A stretch of 64,000 nt of DNA, from the NCBI GenBank assembly GCA_021613535.1, contig CP075496.1, positions 2,790,001 through 2,854,000 of the forward strand, in the 5' to 3' direction. Positions 13,101 to 26,284 of this stretch are shown piece by piece (positions within the stretch are counted from its first letter, which is position 1; each line of letters opens with the position of its first letter). The stretch is from Adineta vaga (taxonomy: Eukaryota > Animalia > Rotifera). The translations under genes and the position numbers were made by a program. The notes under the pieces are model-generated. The model searched no databases. It worked only from the letters and a program-made list of their open reading frames with translations, and was not told the DNA's origin.

Positions 13101-15886
13101 CATAGTAGTATTACTAGAATGAACCAGAGGACATTGTTTGATCTAGTAGAACTTCTTATCCTTCATTTTATTTGTTCGTTTTCTTTTTGTTAAATTAACC
13201 TTCGACATATTTTTTTTTCAAAAGATATGACTACATACATATCATTTTTCTCATTCACCTATATGTGGATATCTCTTAGCAATCTAAAGGTTTCTTCTTT
13301 TTTTATTCTACATATACATATAATGAACAAGGTCAATGTATGTATTAAATAGATTTTCTTTAAAAATAATTTCAATTCAAATTCAAATTCAAATCAATAG
13401 AAAAGAAAATGAATAATAGAATAACTAGGATATGAAGGTTATCAATCAATGTTCATCTTCTTTTCTTCTCACATATATTGATAAAGAATATACACATAAA
13501 ACTATTCATCGTTAGTTACCCTCTTATTCTTTCCCTCTCTCTCTCTCCATGTCCCTTCTCTCCTATCCACACATAAATCAATTTCGAGCCTCGAGACTCA
13601 TACAACGTTATATACTATATACGCCCTATCGTTCGCTCACGCACACTCCCTACATATACACATAATCGATGTTAATCCATCCAGTGAACCTGCTGGTTTC
13701 GTTGAATATCGATATGTCATCATGAATGTATATTACCGAAGTATATATATATGTATTATTTTAGAGACGAAACTGATCAGACAAATCTTCAATCAAACGA
13801 AGTAATAACAATGCGTACGAATACAAATGAAATTAATATTCATTTACTGTTATCGAATGATATCAATCGTTTAAGAGAAGCAGGTTAATAAAAATAAATT
13901 TATACTTTTCTACTCTTTAACTTTCATTAATCCATTAAATGTTTTTGCTTTTCTTCTTATAGCTTTATCGAAACTATTAAAATTAACTCAGCAAAATTGT
14001 ACTCATGATAGTATGCATAATCATGATTCGATGTATGTTTTGTCTCTTGAGATTTCTATATACTATGTTAATCATAAATGATTTCATTAGAACTTTAGCA
14101 AAACTAAATAAACTACCCAAACCAACGACATGGAAAGGCAAACGTGTCTTTGGTGTTCCTTTACGTGTATATCAACAAACAACAGGACAGATTCTTCCTG
14201 TAGCGATCACTAATGCATTACAATATGTCCGTATGAATGCTGGCAAATGTGAAGGATTATTTCGTAAGCCAGGTGTTAAATCCAAAATCGATCGTTTACG
14301 TTCACAAATTGAATCGATTAATGATTCAAATAGTGATTCATCATTAGAAACAATTAAATTCGATGATTATCAACCATTCGTTGTTGCTGATGTTATTCGA
14401 CAGTATTTTCGTGAACTACCTGAATGTCTCATACCACCATCAATAACACGTTTACTATGTGATTTAATTAAATGTAATGGATTGATTGAAAAATAAAAAG
14501 AAAAAGAATTTTAAACAATTCTTCTTATTCTAGGTGCAACACAAGAAGAACAATTATTAGCAATACGTTATGTTTTTCTTTTATTACCAGATGAAACTCG
14601 TGATGTAGTTGAAACAATTCTTCGATTTTTACTTGATGTTTCCATACGATCTGGCAATAGTCAGGTATTAAATTTGCTCATTTATCATCTTAAATATTCA
14701 TTCTTATCTTTCTTTAGATAACTTGCCGTAGTTTAGCACGTATATTTGTCCCATCTATTTTTCAATCTTATCATGATATGCATAATACATCATCGAAAGT
14801 TCTTTGGTGGAAATGGAAAAAAGATAAATTAGATGCAATACAACAAGAAAGTGAACGTTTAACACTTGAACTTTGCCTAATGACAATGATACTTAATGTT
14901 GATTTACTTTGTCGAGTATGTTCTAATTTCAACTAATGAACAGATCTAATCTATCTATCTATCTCTAGGTTCCTAATTCAATTTCTGAAGAACTCAAATT
15001 ACCTACATCAAGAAAAACAAAACATCTTGATGATTTGGTCCGCAATGTATGTAATGGTGAATTTCAAATGAAAAAATATATAACTAAAGACAGTGAACAA
15101 TTTCTTCAAGTAAAATAATTCATTTTGATAATAAATAGACTTATTAATATCTTTCTTTCTTTCTCTCTAGTATTTATCGAATACAAAATTTAAAAATGTT
15201 CAAACTAATCTTACTGGTGTGGATGTGTCTATACATAAACCATCAATAAATACGTGTGATAGTGATGATATAAATCTACCTGTTTGGAAATGTTCAATCG
15301 ATATTCCCAATACAAATGTTAAACAAGTGTGTCAAAGAATATTACATGAAAGATATCTATGGGATAATCATTTTGCTGAAAGTCGAACAGTGGAAAAAAT
15401 CGATGATGATAAAGAAATTGTGCAATATGTACTTAATTTTCTTGATCTTGTACCTGTTCGATCATTTTGTGAATTTCGGTAATTAAGATATGATTTGTCT
15501 TTCTATTTATCTTTGTTTTTTTGTTTAGTTTTTCGAAAAAAATTACATCACGTTCAGTACCTGATACGACAGCAATGTTGATTAGTGCAGTATCTATTGA
15601 TCATTTACAAAATCATTTCTTACCAGGTAGTATTGGTATAACAAAAGATATGCATTATTATATAACACCATCTACAACACAACCTGGACACACAACAGTT
15701 ACTCAAGTAGCTTGTGTAGATTTTAGGTAAGGAAAATTTGCTAACATTTCGATGAAATTTAATTGTTTTTCTATCGTTAGTGGACGATCATCTCAGTGGT
15801 ATGAAAATGTCTTTGGTTATTTATTAGCGAATAATCTTCAATCATTACGAGATACATTTACAAATTCAAAAATTGTTAAAGTTTAA
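10104..15886 (+). CDS. RhoGAP-START protein of the DLC1/STARD13/crossveinless-c family
   Basis: Long Ser-rich exon (about 10414-11504); RhoGAP VFGVPL...EGLFRKPG...VADVIRQYFRELPECL with the arginine finger intact; START domain ending GRSSQWYENVFGYLLANNLQSLRDTF...KV*. The start codon is less certain. Confidence 0.9.
13077..13098. repeat. (CAT)n microsatellite in the large RhoGAP intron
   Basis: Visible trinucleotide run. It produces the spurious poly-His and poly-Met ORFs in the track. Confidence 0.85.
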
Positions 15887-15975
15887 AATGAAATCATTTG
15901 ATCTCTATTAGCATTCCTATGATATAAAATAAGAAGATATTTTCTTCTTTTTTTCAATCTTTTTATATTCAATTC

Positions 15976-16056
15976 AAAGGATTAAACTAATAATTTAAAT
16001 CTCCTCGAGAAAATTTCGTCTTGAGGAGACAAATTTAATTATTTATTCGATCCTTT
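15976..16056 (+). other. Long imperfect hairpin about 90 nt downstream of the RhoGAP-START stop
   Basis: Arms AAAGGAT/ATCCTTT, an AT-rich middle stem, and TCTCCTCGAGA/TCTTGAGGAGA around an 8-nt loop. Confidence 0.7.
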
Positions 16057-16472
16057 ATTTCTTCTCTCAGGCTACCGTCCTTAATTTTATATTGTCTACC
16101 ATTCATTCAAAAAGCATTTATCATCGTTTTGTGTCCTTTTTCTTTTCTTGCTTTATAAAAATGATTTTTCTTTTTGTCTTTTTCTTTTTCGATGCATTTT
16201 AATCTCTTCCGATAATCTTTTTGTTTTCTAACAAATCTCTCATGTTCAAATTTTCTTCTCGTGCGAATTCAAGTAAAACGAATAAAACAGTTGATGAGAT
16301 GTTTTTTTTTCTCTCAATAAGTACATCATCGTCTTATATTATTTCTTTCAAGTAAAGATAAAAAAAGCAACAATTCTAGTGTGAAGAACAAACAAGATAA
16401 TGATGTGACAATACTCAAAACAGTCCATTGGTATGCAAAAAAAACAAACAAACCCGGCAGATGAACATTCTA

Positions 16473-16784
16473 TTAAACAAGTGCTTCTTGGGTTTGATTG
16501 TAATGTATGATACACCAATGTTTCTTTCTTGAATGACTATGTCCACCACTAACAGTTGAATGTTTACTAGGACTCATAACAACTGTTAGTGGTTTATAAC
16601 GTAAACTTCGTCGATGATGTGCCAACGATGAAAATGATTTGACACTATGTCGTAAACTACTAAAACGTCGTAATGTTGCAGGAGTTTCCGGTGGATTTAC
16701 TTCGTAAATTTCTGTTTTTGTTATTGTATGAGGATATCCTTTTAAATTATAACACGCAGAACGTTTACTATAACATGTACCCAT
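16473..16784 (-). CDS. 103-aa orphan protein with an N-terminal myristoylation/palmitoylation motif
   Basis: Starts MGTCYSK; codon usage resembles neighbouring genes; typical short 5' intron (GTATGT at about 16857 to TAG at 16788) directly before the ATG. Confidence 0.65.
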   Translation of the reverse strand: MGTCYSKRSACYNLKGYPHTITKTEIYEVNPPETPATLRRFSSLRHSVKSFSSLAHHRRSLRYKPLTVVMSPSKHSTVSGGHSHSRKKHWCIIHYNQTQEALV

Positions 16785-17087
16785 TTTCTAACTATAAAAA
16801 AAAGATAAGATTTGATTGAAAATGATAATCAGATAACAAGAATATTCATATACATACGAATTGTATTCGTCCATAATGATGATTATTAAAATTGATGATA
16901 GTATAAGTTAAAGGAAAAGTGATCTTGTCGTTTGTCAAGGTCACTTGAAGATGATGTTTTCTCTAATATGGACACGGATTGAAAATGTATGAACACTACG
17001 GTCAACTATAATACACTTTTCGATCGATGGTGACCGAGCGTACTTGTGTTCTCTTATGCTATTGAACGAAAGAAGAAAAGTGAGAAG

Positions 17088-17115
17088 GGAAGAAGAAGAA
17101 GAAGAAGAAGAAGAA
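17088..17115. repeat. (GAA)n microsatellite
   Basis: Visible trinucleotide run. Confidence 0.9.
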
Positions 17116-18456
17116 ATGACCGATCTAACGGATGAAGGTAAACGAAAGAGAAAGGAAGAATTTTCTTTCTTTTCAAATGTTTTATTTATTTGAAATATGT
17201 TGAAATTCAATTAGTACATTACAACCATTACGCAAAGTTCATTTGATAACAAAAGATGAATAACACTTTTTCGTCTGTCTACTTTCGAACATGAACAAAT
17301 ATCAAATAACTATCAGATACGATTCGAATATTTCTATGTATATAGACATACTTGACATATCAATGTAGAAAATTGTTATGTATTGATTAAAACTAAATTA
17401 ACTAATTCCATAGAATTTTATTGACATAATGATTCAATCATTTCTTTTTAACTAGAACTGATGGTATTGATCTATATGGAATGATTATATAAGCAGGAAA
17501 AATTAGACTTATTCTTTCATTTCAGGGTTAGAATAAATGTTAAAAATGTCATTACAATGAACAAAAATGACGACAATTTGTTAATCTACACAGTATAAAC
17601 GAAATGAAACCTTGTCTATAGTAGAGATTTAAGATAAAAACAAAGTTCATTTTGTGAAAAACTTTATTTCAAACGTGAGAAGATTACATATATTATTTGA
17701 ATTAGATAAAACACTTGTCGATTAATGACATTTCATTACTATTTATATGTATTTCAAACAAATAATAAAAAAAAACTTCATCATTTTGTTATATATCAGA
17801 TAGTTGATAAATATAATTATTGAATTCGATTCATATACAACTAACTTGACAACATGCTGTTATTGTAATAAGAAAATATATTCGAATTCAAAGCCATGTT
17901 CGATCAACTACTTTCTTTTAAGTATTCGTCTAATTATTCAAAAAAAGTATCTTTCATTTTCTTTGAAATCCATTTCAATTGTAATAAGTTCTAATCTTCG
18001 CCTCTTTATTTCAAAATATACTATTTGATTTATAACAAATCGTATGGCAATCTTTATCTTCATTTTCATGTATTATCTTTTCTAAAAATAACATCAAATA
18101 CTTCGATATTCAATTGTTTACATCGTCTACAAAACACTTGTATTTCTTCTATTAGAAAGCTAACAAGTATTCTTAGTCAATATTATTTCTTTTCTAGTCA
18201 AATTTTGAAAGTTCCGAAATAGAAAAATAAACATGAAAAGTTTGTACATGATGTCTTTTTCTCTACATATATATTAAAGAATATCTGTTTTTTTTCTTGT
18301 TCTTTTCATTTAATGCTCATCTCTCATATGAAGAAAAAAAACAAACGAATGTCATCTCTTTACATATGAAATCAAAGAGAAATATAGATAATAAGAATAA
18401 TAACATTCAAAATTAAAGAGAAAGGAAAAATGAAACGAAAGATTTATAAATGAGTA

Positions 18457-21136
18457 TTAACTTCGTCGAGTTTGAAGAATAGTTGGAGGACGATTACTTG
18501 GTGGAGATGAACCATTAGTTATTGGATTGACTTCAGAAGGATTAACACCATTTTTAGCACTTAAATCATCGACACTTTTACTTGTTGCTAAACCATTTTC
18601 CGTTATTGTCGTAGGAATATCAACAACTGGTGAAGAATTCGTTGGTTCTATACCATTTTGTTTATGTCCCATAAAACGAGAATAGGAATTTGTATGACCA
18701 TTAAGTCTTGACGATGGAAAATAAGGTGATGACGAATAACGATCAGCACTTGATGAACGTGATGAACGACTTGATAAACCATTTCGTTGTGGCGTTGTTG
18801 GTGGTTGTTGTGATGGCTGCTGTTGCTGTGATAATGTTTGTTGTTGATTCGGTGTTGTTGCACTATATTCTTCTGTAATGGTATCAACAACAGATTTCAT
18901 TGTACCTTCTAATAGATTTCTATATGTTTCAATTTCTTTCTCTAATGATGTTTGTTTAGTTAAAACATCATCATAATCTTTTGATATTCTTTCTTGTTTT
19001 GATTTTAATTGATCAATTTCATTTTGTTGTAATTGTTCAAAACGTGCATTTTCTTCAATACTCATTTCAAGATTAATTTGTAATTCACGTGTACGTAATT
19101 TTAATTCGGCTGTTTTTTGTTTTAATAGATTTGTTTCAGCTTTAACACGTTGAATATCTGCACGTGCACGATCTTCATCTTGTTTAATACGTTCTTGTTC
19201 ACGTTCGTTTAAAAATAAATGTCCAAGTTCGGGATAATCTCGAGCAATATCGTCATATGCACGTGTAAATTGCCCATATAATTCGTTACGTTGTGAATCA
19301 TTTTGTCTTTCAAAATCTTGCCGAATTTTTCTAATAGCATTTGATAGTTCCGATTTAAATATATGTGCACGATCATTAGTTGAACTTGGTGCTAATAATA
19401 ATGCTGACTGTTTAAGATCTTTTAATTTTTGTTGTTGTTGTTCACGTAATTTATTTATATCAAGACGTATCTGTTGGCTTGCTTTTTCACACGATGTTCG
19501 TTGAATTGTTTCATTCTGTGTTTCATTTTTAGCTTGTAATAATAAGCGTTGTATATGTGTTACTAATTGTTTCCATTGAACATGTTCATCTTCTTGATGT
19601 GCAAGACGACGTTTATACATAAGAATATCTCCATCAATGGATGACAATTGCCGTTCAATTCGTTCGGTTTCATATTTAGATGAATCACATTCTTTAAATG
19701 TTTGATTAAGACGTTGTTTTAAAGGATAGATACCATTCTAAATAGATAAGAATATATCAAATTAAAGAAAATGAAAAAACGTTTTGTTATCAAAAGGTTA
19801 AATTAATCTGAATTTTCATATGTAATAGTTGATTGGTATTTCTTTGTCTTCTAATATAAAACTTACCTGTACTTCTTTGGCTGAAAAAGTTATTGTATTT
19901 TTATCTTGAAAAAGTTTGTCAATAATTTCTTTTAATTGTGAAACTTCATTTTCAAACATGGTTTTTATTCGTTGACAATTTGTATCTTGTTTTTCATTGA
20001 GAATATTGGTTTCCATTTGAACTTTTTTATTTTGTGCTTCTAAATATCGAACTTTTTCAACATAATCAGCAAATTTATCATTTAATGTTGATAATTCTAA
20101 TTTTTCTTTTTCACGTGTTTGTTGAAATGATGATGGTTTAGGAAACGAAAATGATTGAGAACGATAGGTTGATGAAGACATTGGATATGATGAACCGTTT
20201 AAATGATTTGTATCCGAATATAATGATGAAGTTGAACGATATGGATAGGAAATATGAGGATTTGAAGTATTAGTATGATTATGATTGTGATTAATCGTTG
20301 ATGATGTTTGAGGAATGTACGAATTCGTATATAATGATGAAGTCGATGATGATGATAATGATGAGGTTTGAAATAAAGGTAAGGTACTTTTAAGTGCTGA
20401 CATTGAATATGGTGGCGGGAGTAGACCGAGAAAATTGTTACTCGGTGCTATACCTAGCAAGAATATATATGTGTATATATATATATAAGAAGAGAAAGAA
20501 ATAATCAATGACAAAATTATATGGTGATGATTTTCATGCATATATCGAATGATCTTGAAATATTTACCTCGAAGGAGGAGAAAAAAAAATCGAAGGTGAT
20601 ACCTGGGAAAATGTATTTCAAACAAAAAAGCAAATACAAATCACCAGATGTGTGATAATTACTTTAGTTAACAATTATCATCAATAATTTATTCTAACTA
20701 TTAGTAAATAATTGTTCCTTCATATCGGCAAAAAAAACACAGATATGTTTGATTTTTCTTTCTAAAAGTATACAAGATCCAATTTCTGTCTTCTTAATGA
20801 CCTTCGAAATGACAGAGACGTATAATGAATGAAACAAAATAGAAATGTATAAATTGTATATTTAGCTTTGCTCTTGCCATATTAATCAAAATACCAATGT
20901 CTAGCAAGTGACAGGCATTATAGACCCTCCGATATAATGATACAATCCTATCATACTTAGTAACATAGTTTAGTATTGCACACAAAGAAACACACAAAGC
21001 TGTATATCAAGAGAGAGAGAGAGAGAGCGAAAAAGAGCGAAAGATATTATTAATCGTTTAATAATATATCAATATTACCTGAGAATTCTTCTGTAATCGT
21101 AACAGTTGTTTCATCATTTGTTGCGTCTTCTGCCAT
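18457..21136 (-). CDS. Cytoplasmic intermediate filament protein (exons about 21136-21079, 20453-19867, 19737-18457)
   Basis: Coil 1A consensus LNDKFADYVEKVRYLEAQN and coil 2B end EIETYRNLLEG. The upstream exon MAEDATNDETTVTITEEFSG joins in matching phase 1; this first exon is less certain. Confidence 0.9.
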
Positions 21137-24100
21137 GGATTATATGTATAGATGTCTAATTGATTTTAAAACTAATTTAGAATTCTAACTATCTATATCA
21201 AAAATGAATAAAGAATAGAATTTGTATGTAGTGGAACGAATGACTTTTTTCTATGAGTTAATTCTTCCATATCAGAGTCAAGTTAGTTCGAGAAGAGAAG
21301 AACATATGCTCATTCAAACTGACAAAATATATATACACACACATACACTTGATAGAATCGCCTTATCTTCTGTCGCTTCTTATACCCATTCTCTTCCAGT
21401 AACTATACTCAAGACATCATTGTCGACGACGAACAACGGCTACCTTTTTTTCACACACAACCGCGAGACGATGTATAATTTTCTTTTTCTCGTTGGAGTT
21501 GACATCGTCACACTCTTGTACACATTCACGTAATCGAACGAAGTGTAGTAGTAGTTGTAGTAGAAAGAAGAAATATGAAAGTAAGTGACAGAGAGAGAGA
21601 GAAAGAGAGAAACTGCAGTAGTAGAATAGTAAGATACAGCTTTGAACTGTACCACAAACATTACTGATTTCGTGCATCTTTTGAATATATTTATCTATGC
21701 ACTTGAGAAGGCAGTAAAGGCGGATGCCTGTTCTCTTGTAAATGCGAATATAATAGAGAACAAATAAGAAGCGAAAGAGACAGAGAGAGAGAGAAAAAGA
21801 GAATTCATATTGGTTACATGGCTATCATTGTTATTTGTCAAAAATCCATCATTTTTCTTTTTTGTTCGTTGGAGAATTGTATTTTTTTTGTTCTCTTCAC
21901 TTGCGGTTTTTGTATGTGTACGTAAGCGAATGATTCATTCGATACATAAAAGAGAGAAGAGACGAATTTTGTACATAAGTAGTAGCAGCAGCATCAGTAA
22001 AAGGATAAAAAGCAAACTGTATGTTTGCTCGGCTGAGAAACAGTTCTTCTTTCGGGGACATCATGAGTGTGAGTTCGTACGTTTCTTTTTACTCATTTTC
22101 ACATGCATTTACTATTTGATGATTTCCGTTCGATAACCTGATGTCGAGTGGATGTAGAAAAAGAAAAGCGTAAATGAAAAAGAGAATTATTGATTCAGGA
22201 TTGAAATTACCAAAACAAAATAGTCAATTTTTTCATTAAAAAAAACCCGTCGAACGTACATATAAATATTAAAATCATAAAAAAAGAAAAGAAAGACCAT
22301 GGCAAATAATTATATATGCTCTTACAGACCTTGCACAATGAAAGCGAAGAGAGACGAAAATCAGATGAGGTCAAAGATTTATAAATTATATAAGAAAAGA
22401 AGAAGAAAAAAAACGCACTTTTAAATTGAAAAAAAGAAAAGTTCAGAAGAGAAGTAGCAGCTGTTTGAATTTACCTTCAAATTTTATTAATACATCCTTT
22501 TACGGATCATTAGACAAGAATATCTTTAAGAAAGTTAATATGTATTGTTAATGCGCCATTTAACACTGAAGGTCGATTGTAGCCTAGTTGGGGACAATAC
22601 CTATACATCAGTATATGAATATCTAAGTAAATATTTATTATGAACATAAATGAAAGTTTATAATGAGAGAATCGGCCTTTTTTTTTCTTCTTCTTCTTAG
22701 CAATGTGACACTTTTGTCAAGTACTCGAATTCCATTGAGAAAAGAAAATGATATCGATTAATTATCAAACATATATATATGATCAATCTGTTTAGATATC
22801 TGAACTATTGTTATAAGAAGAAAAAAAACCTATATTTAAAATAATCAATAGATATAGAATCACATAGATCAATACGAACTGTATTGTTATATAATCTCAA
22901 ACATAATTTATACTTTTTATGATAAATTGATAACATTTGTTACTTCTTCTCTTGTCATCTTATATTAGTAAATATAAAAGATTTCTTCTCAAGAACAAAA
23001 TTTAATCAAACTCTTAAATCAATATGTCAATTTATTCAAATCAACTAGATGATTGTTTTTCTTTTCTATATTACATATATCATGCAAGAAAAAGAGTTAA
23101 ATATGCATGCATCATTCTTTATATTAACCTGTATAAATATTATTGATAGTTTAACTATCGCAGCATGACTACATGTATACATATATCTTTTTGAAACTAC
23201 TTCATATAAATATATATGAATGAAAAAAAGAGAAATGAGGCGGGAAAGAGAGAAAGACAGACGTTAATCCTGACGCAAAAAGCTTACGGCTAATACGTAC
23301 CGTTTCGATCAATGTTTGTATGATCACACTAGAAGAAATACAGTATTGTCTGTCTGACTAACTGACAATTAGACGGAAGAAAAAGACTATTGATCAAATA
23401 GTAGGATATATCGATCATAAATCCATTCAACTATTCGAAAGAAGCGGATTAAAAATCTTGTAAAATGTCCGCCGTAATAAATAAATCTATTATTAATCTT
23501 TCGATAGGTCACTCTCTATATTCTGCAAAATGTCTACTAGTATAAAGTATTTCAGAATCAACTTCAAATAGAGAAATTGTTATAAAATAATTTTTATTAC
23601 ATGTTATAGATAGATGGAATATAATGATGTGTAAAAAAACTCGAATTGTGAATGAAGTTTATATCTTTTATTATCAAAAGAATAATCTTGTAAAACTCAA
23701 GGTTTTCCTCTCAAAGGTTCCCAACGAGAATAGTTTATTCTCAAATATTACATTCATCACGGTAAGTTTAATAGAATACCGATGAAATTTGTGCATTGAT
23801 ATACACCTATTGACAATATTTTGTCGCTTTATTAACCTTGAGTCTCTGATCAATGTGAGTACACGTCACGTCATATTTATATTCATTATCATTGTCACTG
23901 ATCGATTCATCTTGAACAACATATGATATTTAAATACTCTTTCGATGTGTAAACATGCTATGAAAGTATCTAGCAGTTCTTTGTCATGAATGATCTTCTT
24001 TATTCTTTTCAGTTATTCAACGAGTGAATAAAATTAGATGATTTTCATATTTATTTTAATCTTAATAGGATTGCTATTGAATATAATTCTTAAAGAACAA

Positions 24101-26284
24101 TCATTCAAGGGATAAAAACAAACAAATGAATAAGTTTAATCAATGCAAGATGTCTCAAGTGAAATCCGTGTGTTATTTATTCTACTTTTATCATGAATAG
24201 AAATGATTATTCAATAGGATACATACATGTAAGAAATTGTTTTTTTTCATGTACGAATTTCTGTAGTATATATAAACTTATGGAATAAATAATCAAATCG
24301 AAATCGTACAAATACATTTTTCTTCCTGTTAATACTCTCATCTTAATATTTCCTCAGAAAAAAATTCAACAGAAAACGAAATAATCGTATGATATGATAT
24401 GATACATAACTATTGACATTCGTTTTTGTATCTATTCTCTGAAATGTGTAAACAAAAAGAACTATCTCTTTATTATTTCATAATTATTGTAAAGAATGTA
24501 CCAATATAATCTGTATCTTTGATTTACTTTGTATTAATGAGATAAATCTGATCTCCTCATTTTCGTACATCAATGTTTTGCTCTCACCTATTATATTAAA
24601 ACTAATGTTACTGATAACGATTTTCATTAATATATATATTTGTATTTGGTCAAGTTCCACATGGGAATGTGATGGAATATGTCGATCATTACTTTCCTCG
24701 CTCGTATCAATATATCTGAATGAGACAAGTTGGATACAGTATCACTCTTTCGAGTACCTAATCAAATTATTTTTAATATTTGATCTCGAAATAATTTGTA
24801 CATATTGCCATTCATTTATATTAGTAATGCATTTGCTGATCAATGTATTTTAATTGGATTCGGCCAGTTACTTTTAAACTTAATAGTAGTAAAGTATATA
24901 TGTCTATTATCAACTATTTATTTTGTTCGTGGTATATATAATTAAGAATATACTAGGTTTGTTATTAATAATAACCATTATTGCTATGATTATGTTATGA
25001 GTTATGAGACAAACAGATAGTAAATCAATGATTAATTTACATCGAATTTCAATTAAGTCAAAATCACTCTCAGAAACTTTTCAACCTATATTTACTTTTT
25101 AATAGAAATTAAAAGAAAACATCGTATCATTCAACTTTTGTCAGATATCTACATATATACAGATGTATAAAAACACCATTACTCTTTGAACATGATGTAA
25201 TGGTCTATTTAATCTTTTTGTTCTTCACTGATCATTGATTGTGGTTATATTCTAGCACACAATTCTACCTGTATGCATATATATATATCATCGATGATAT
25301 TTTTTCAGGTATTAGATTGCCATAGATATCTGTTAACGACACGAGTAATGTCAATAATACATAGTCAAAAGGATAAAAGATATTTTGTTTGTTATTTCGT
25401 ATGTATGAGTCGTTTTTATCGAAAGAAAAGACGTTTTTTTTTCTCTCACTCTTTCCTGTTCTATTCAAGAGTGCATAATGATAGATAGAAATAACAGTAT
25501 TCTTTATTCCAACGTCGAATCAAAAATTAAATCTCTCTGTCACAAATAATCCAGCTTATTTTATTGATATGTATCGTTTACAGTAAGTTCGATTTCATAG
25601 TCTAATTCAAACTATCGACACTATTCACTTCATTCCTCAAGAAAACTTCGTAAACTATTATTCATCATCGAGAACTATTTACGATCTTAAGAAATTCCCT
25701 CGACTCATCAATATCCCACATTCTGATCACTGATATACAAAAGAGTACATGCAAGATGTCCCTACGTGCTTTTCATAATCATAACAGATAATTTGATCAT
25801 TCAAGTATCAAAAAATTAAAAAAGTTTGAATAAGATAAACTTTTCATTGGAACAATAACAAGCTTTTCTATGTTATCTAGATTTCATTTCATGATGTTTT
25901 CGTCATACTAATCTGATTAACATTCATTTCTCTTCTCTTCTCTTCTCTTTTTCTTTCTTTCTTAAACTTGAAACTAAGTTCACTACCAATCAAATAGAAA
26001 AGATTGGTAGACTATCAACCGTTCCTTTTTGTCTTTTTCTAAACTATATAACGCACATTGTATGATTTCAAACAAAAGAATAGACGTCAATATGATCATT
26101 GGTGTTTTCTCGTCATTGTTCATACGGTTACATACACAAGTTGACCGTTTACGTCAGTTATGTTTCGCTCTTTTTCTTTTCTTTTTCGTCCGTCCATATA
26201 ATACATATTTGACAAAATTTCTTTTCGTTCACTTCCATCACATATTCTACTATATGTAACATCCAATTTGTTCAATAAACAATA

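Noticed and set aside
19816-20625. 269-aa ORF with a hydrophobic N-terminus suggesting a membrane-anchored IF
   Set aside because: The region upstream of 20453 is intron-like (TA repeat, acceptor TTGCTAG), so the extension is read-through.
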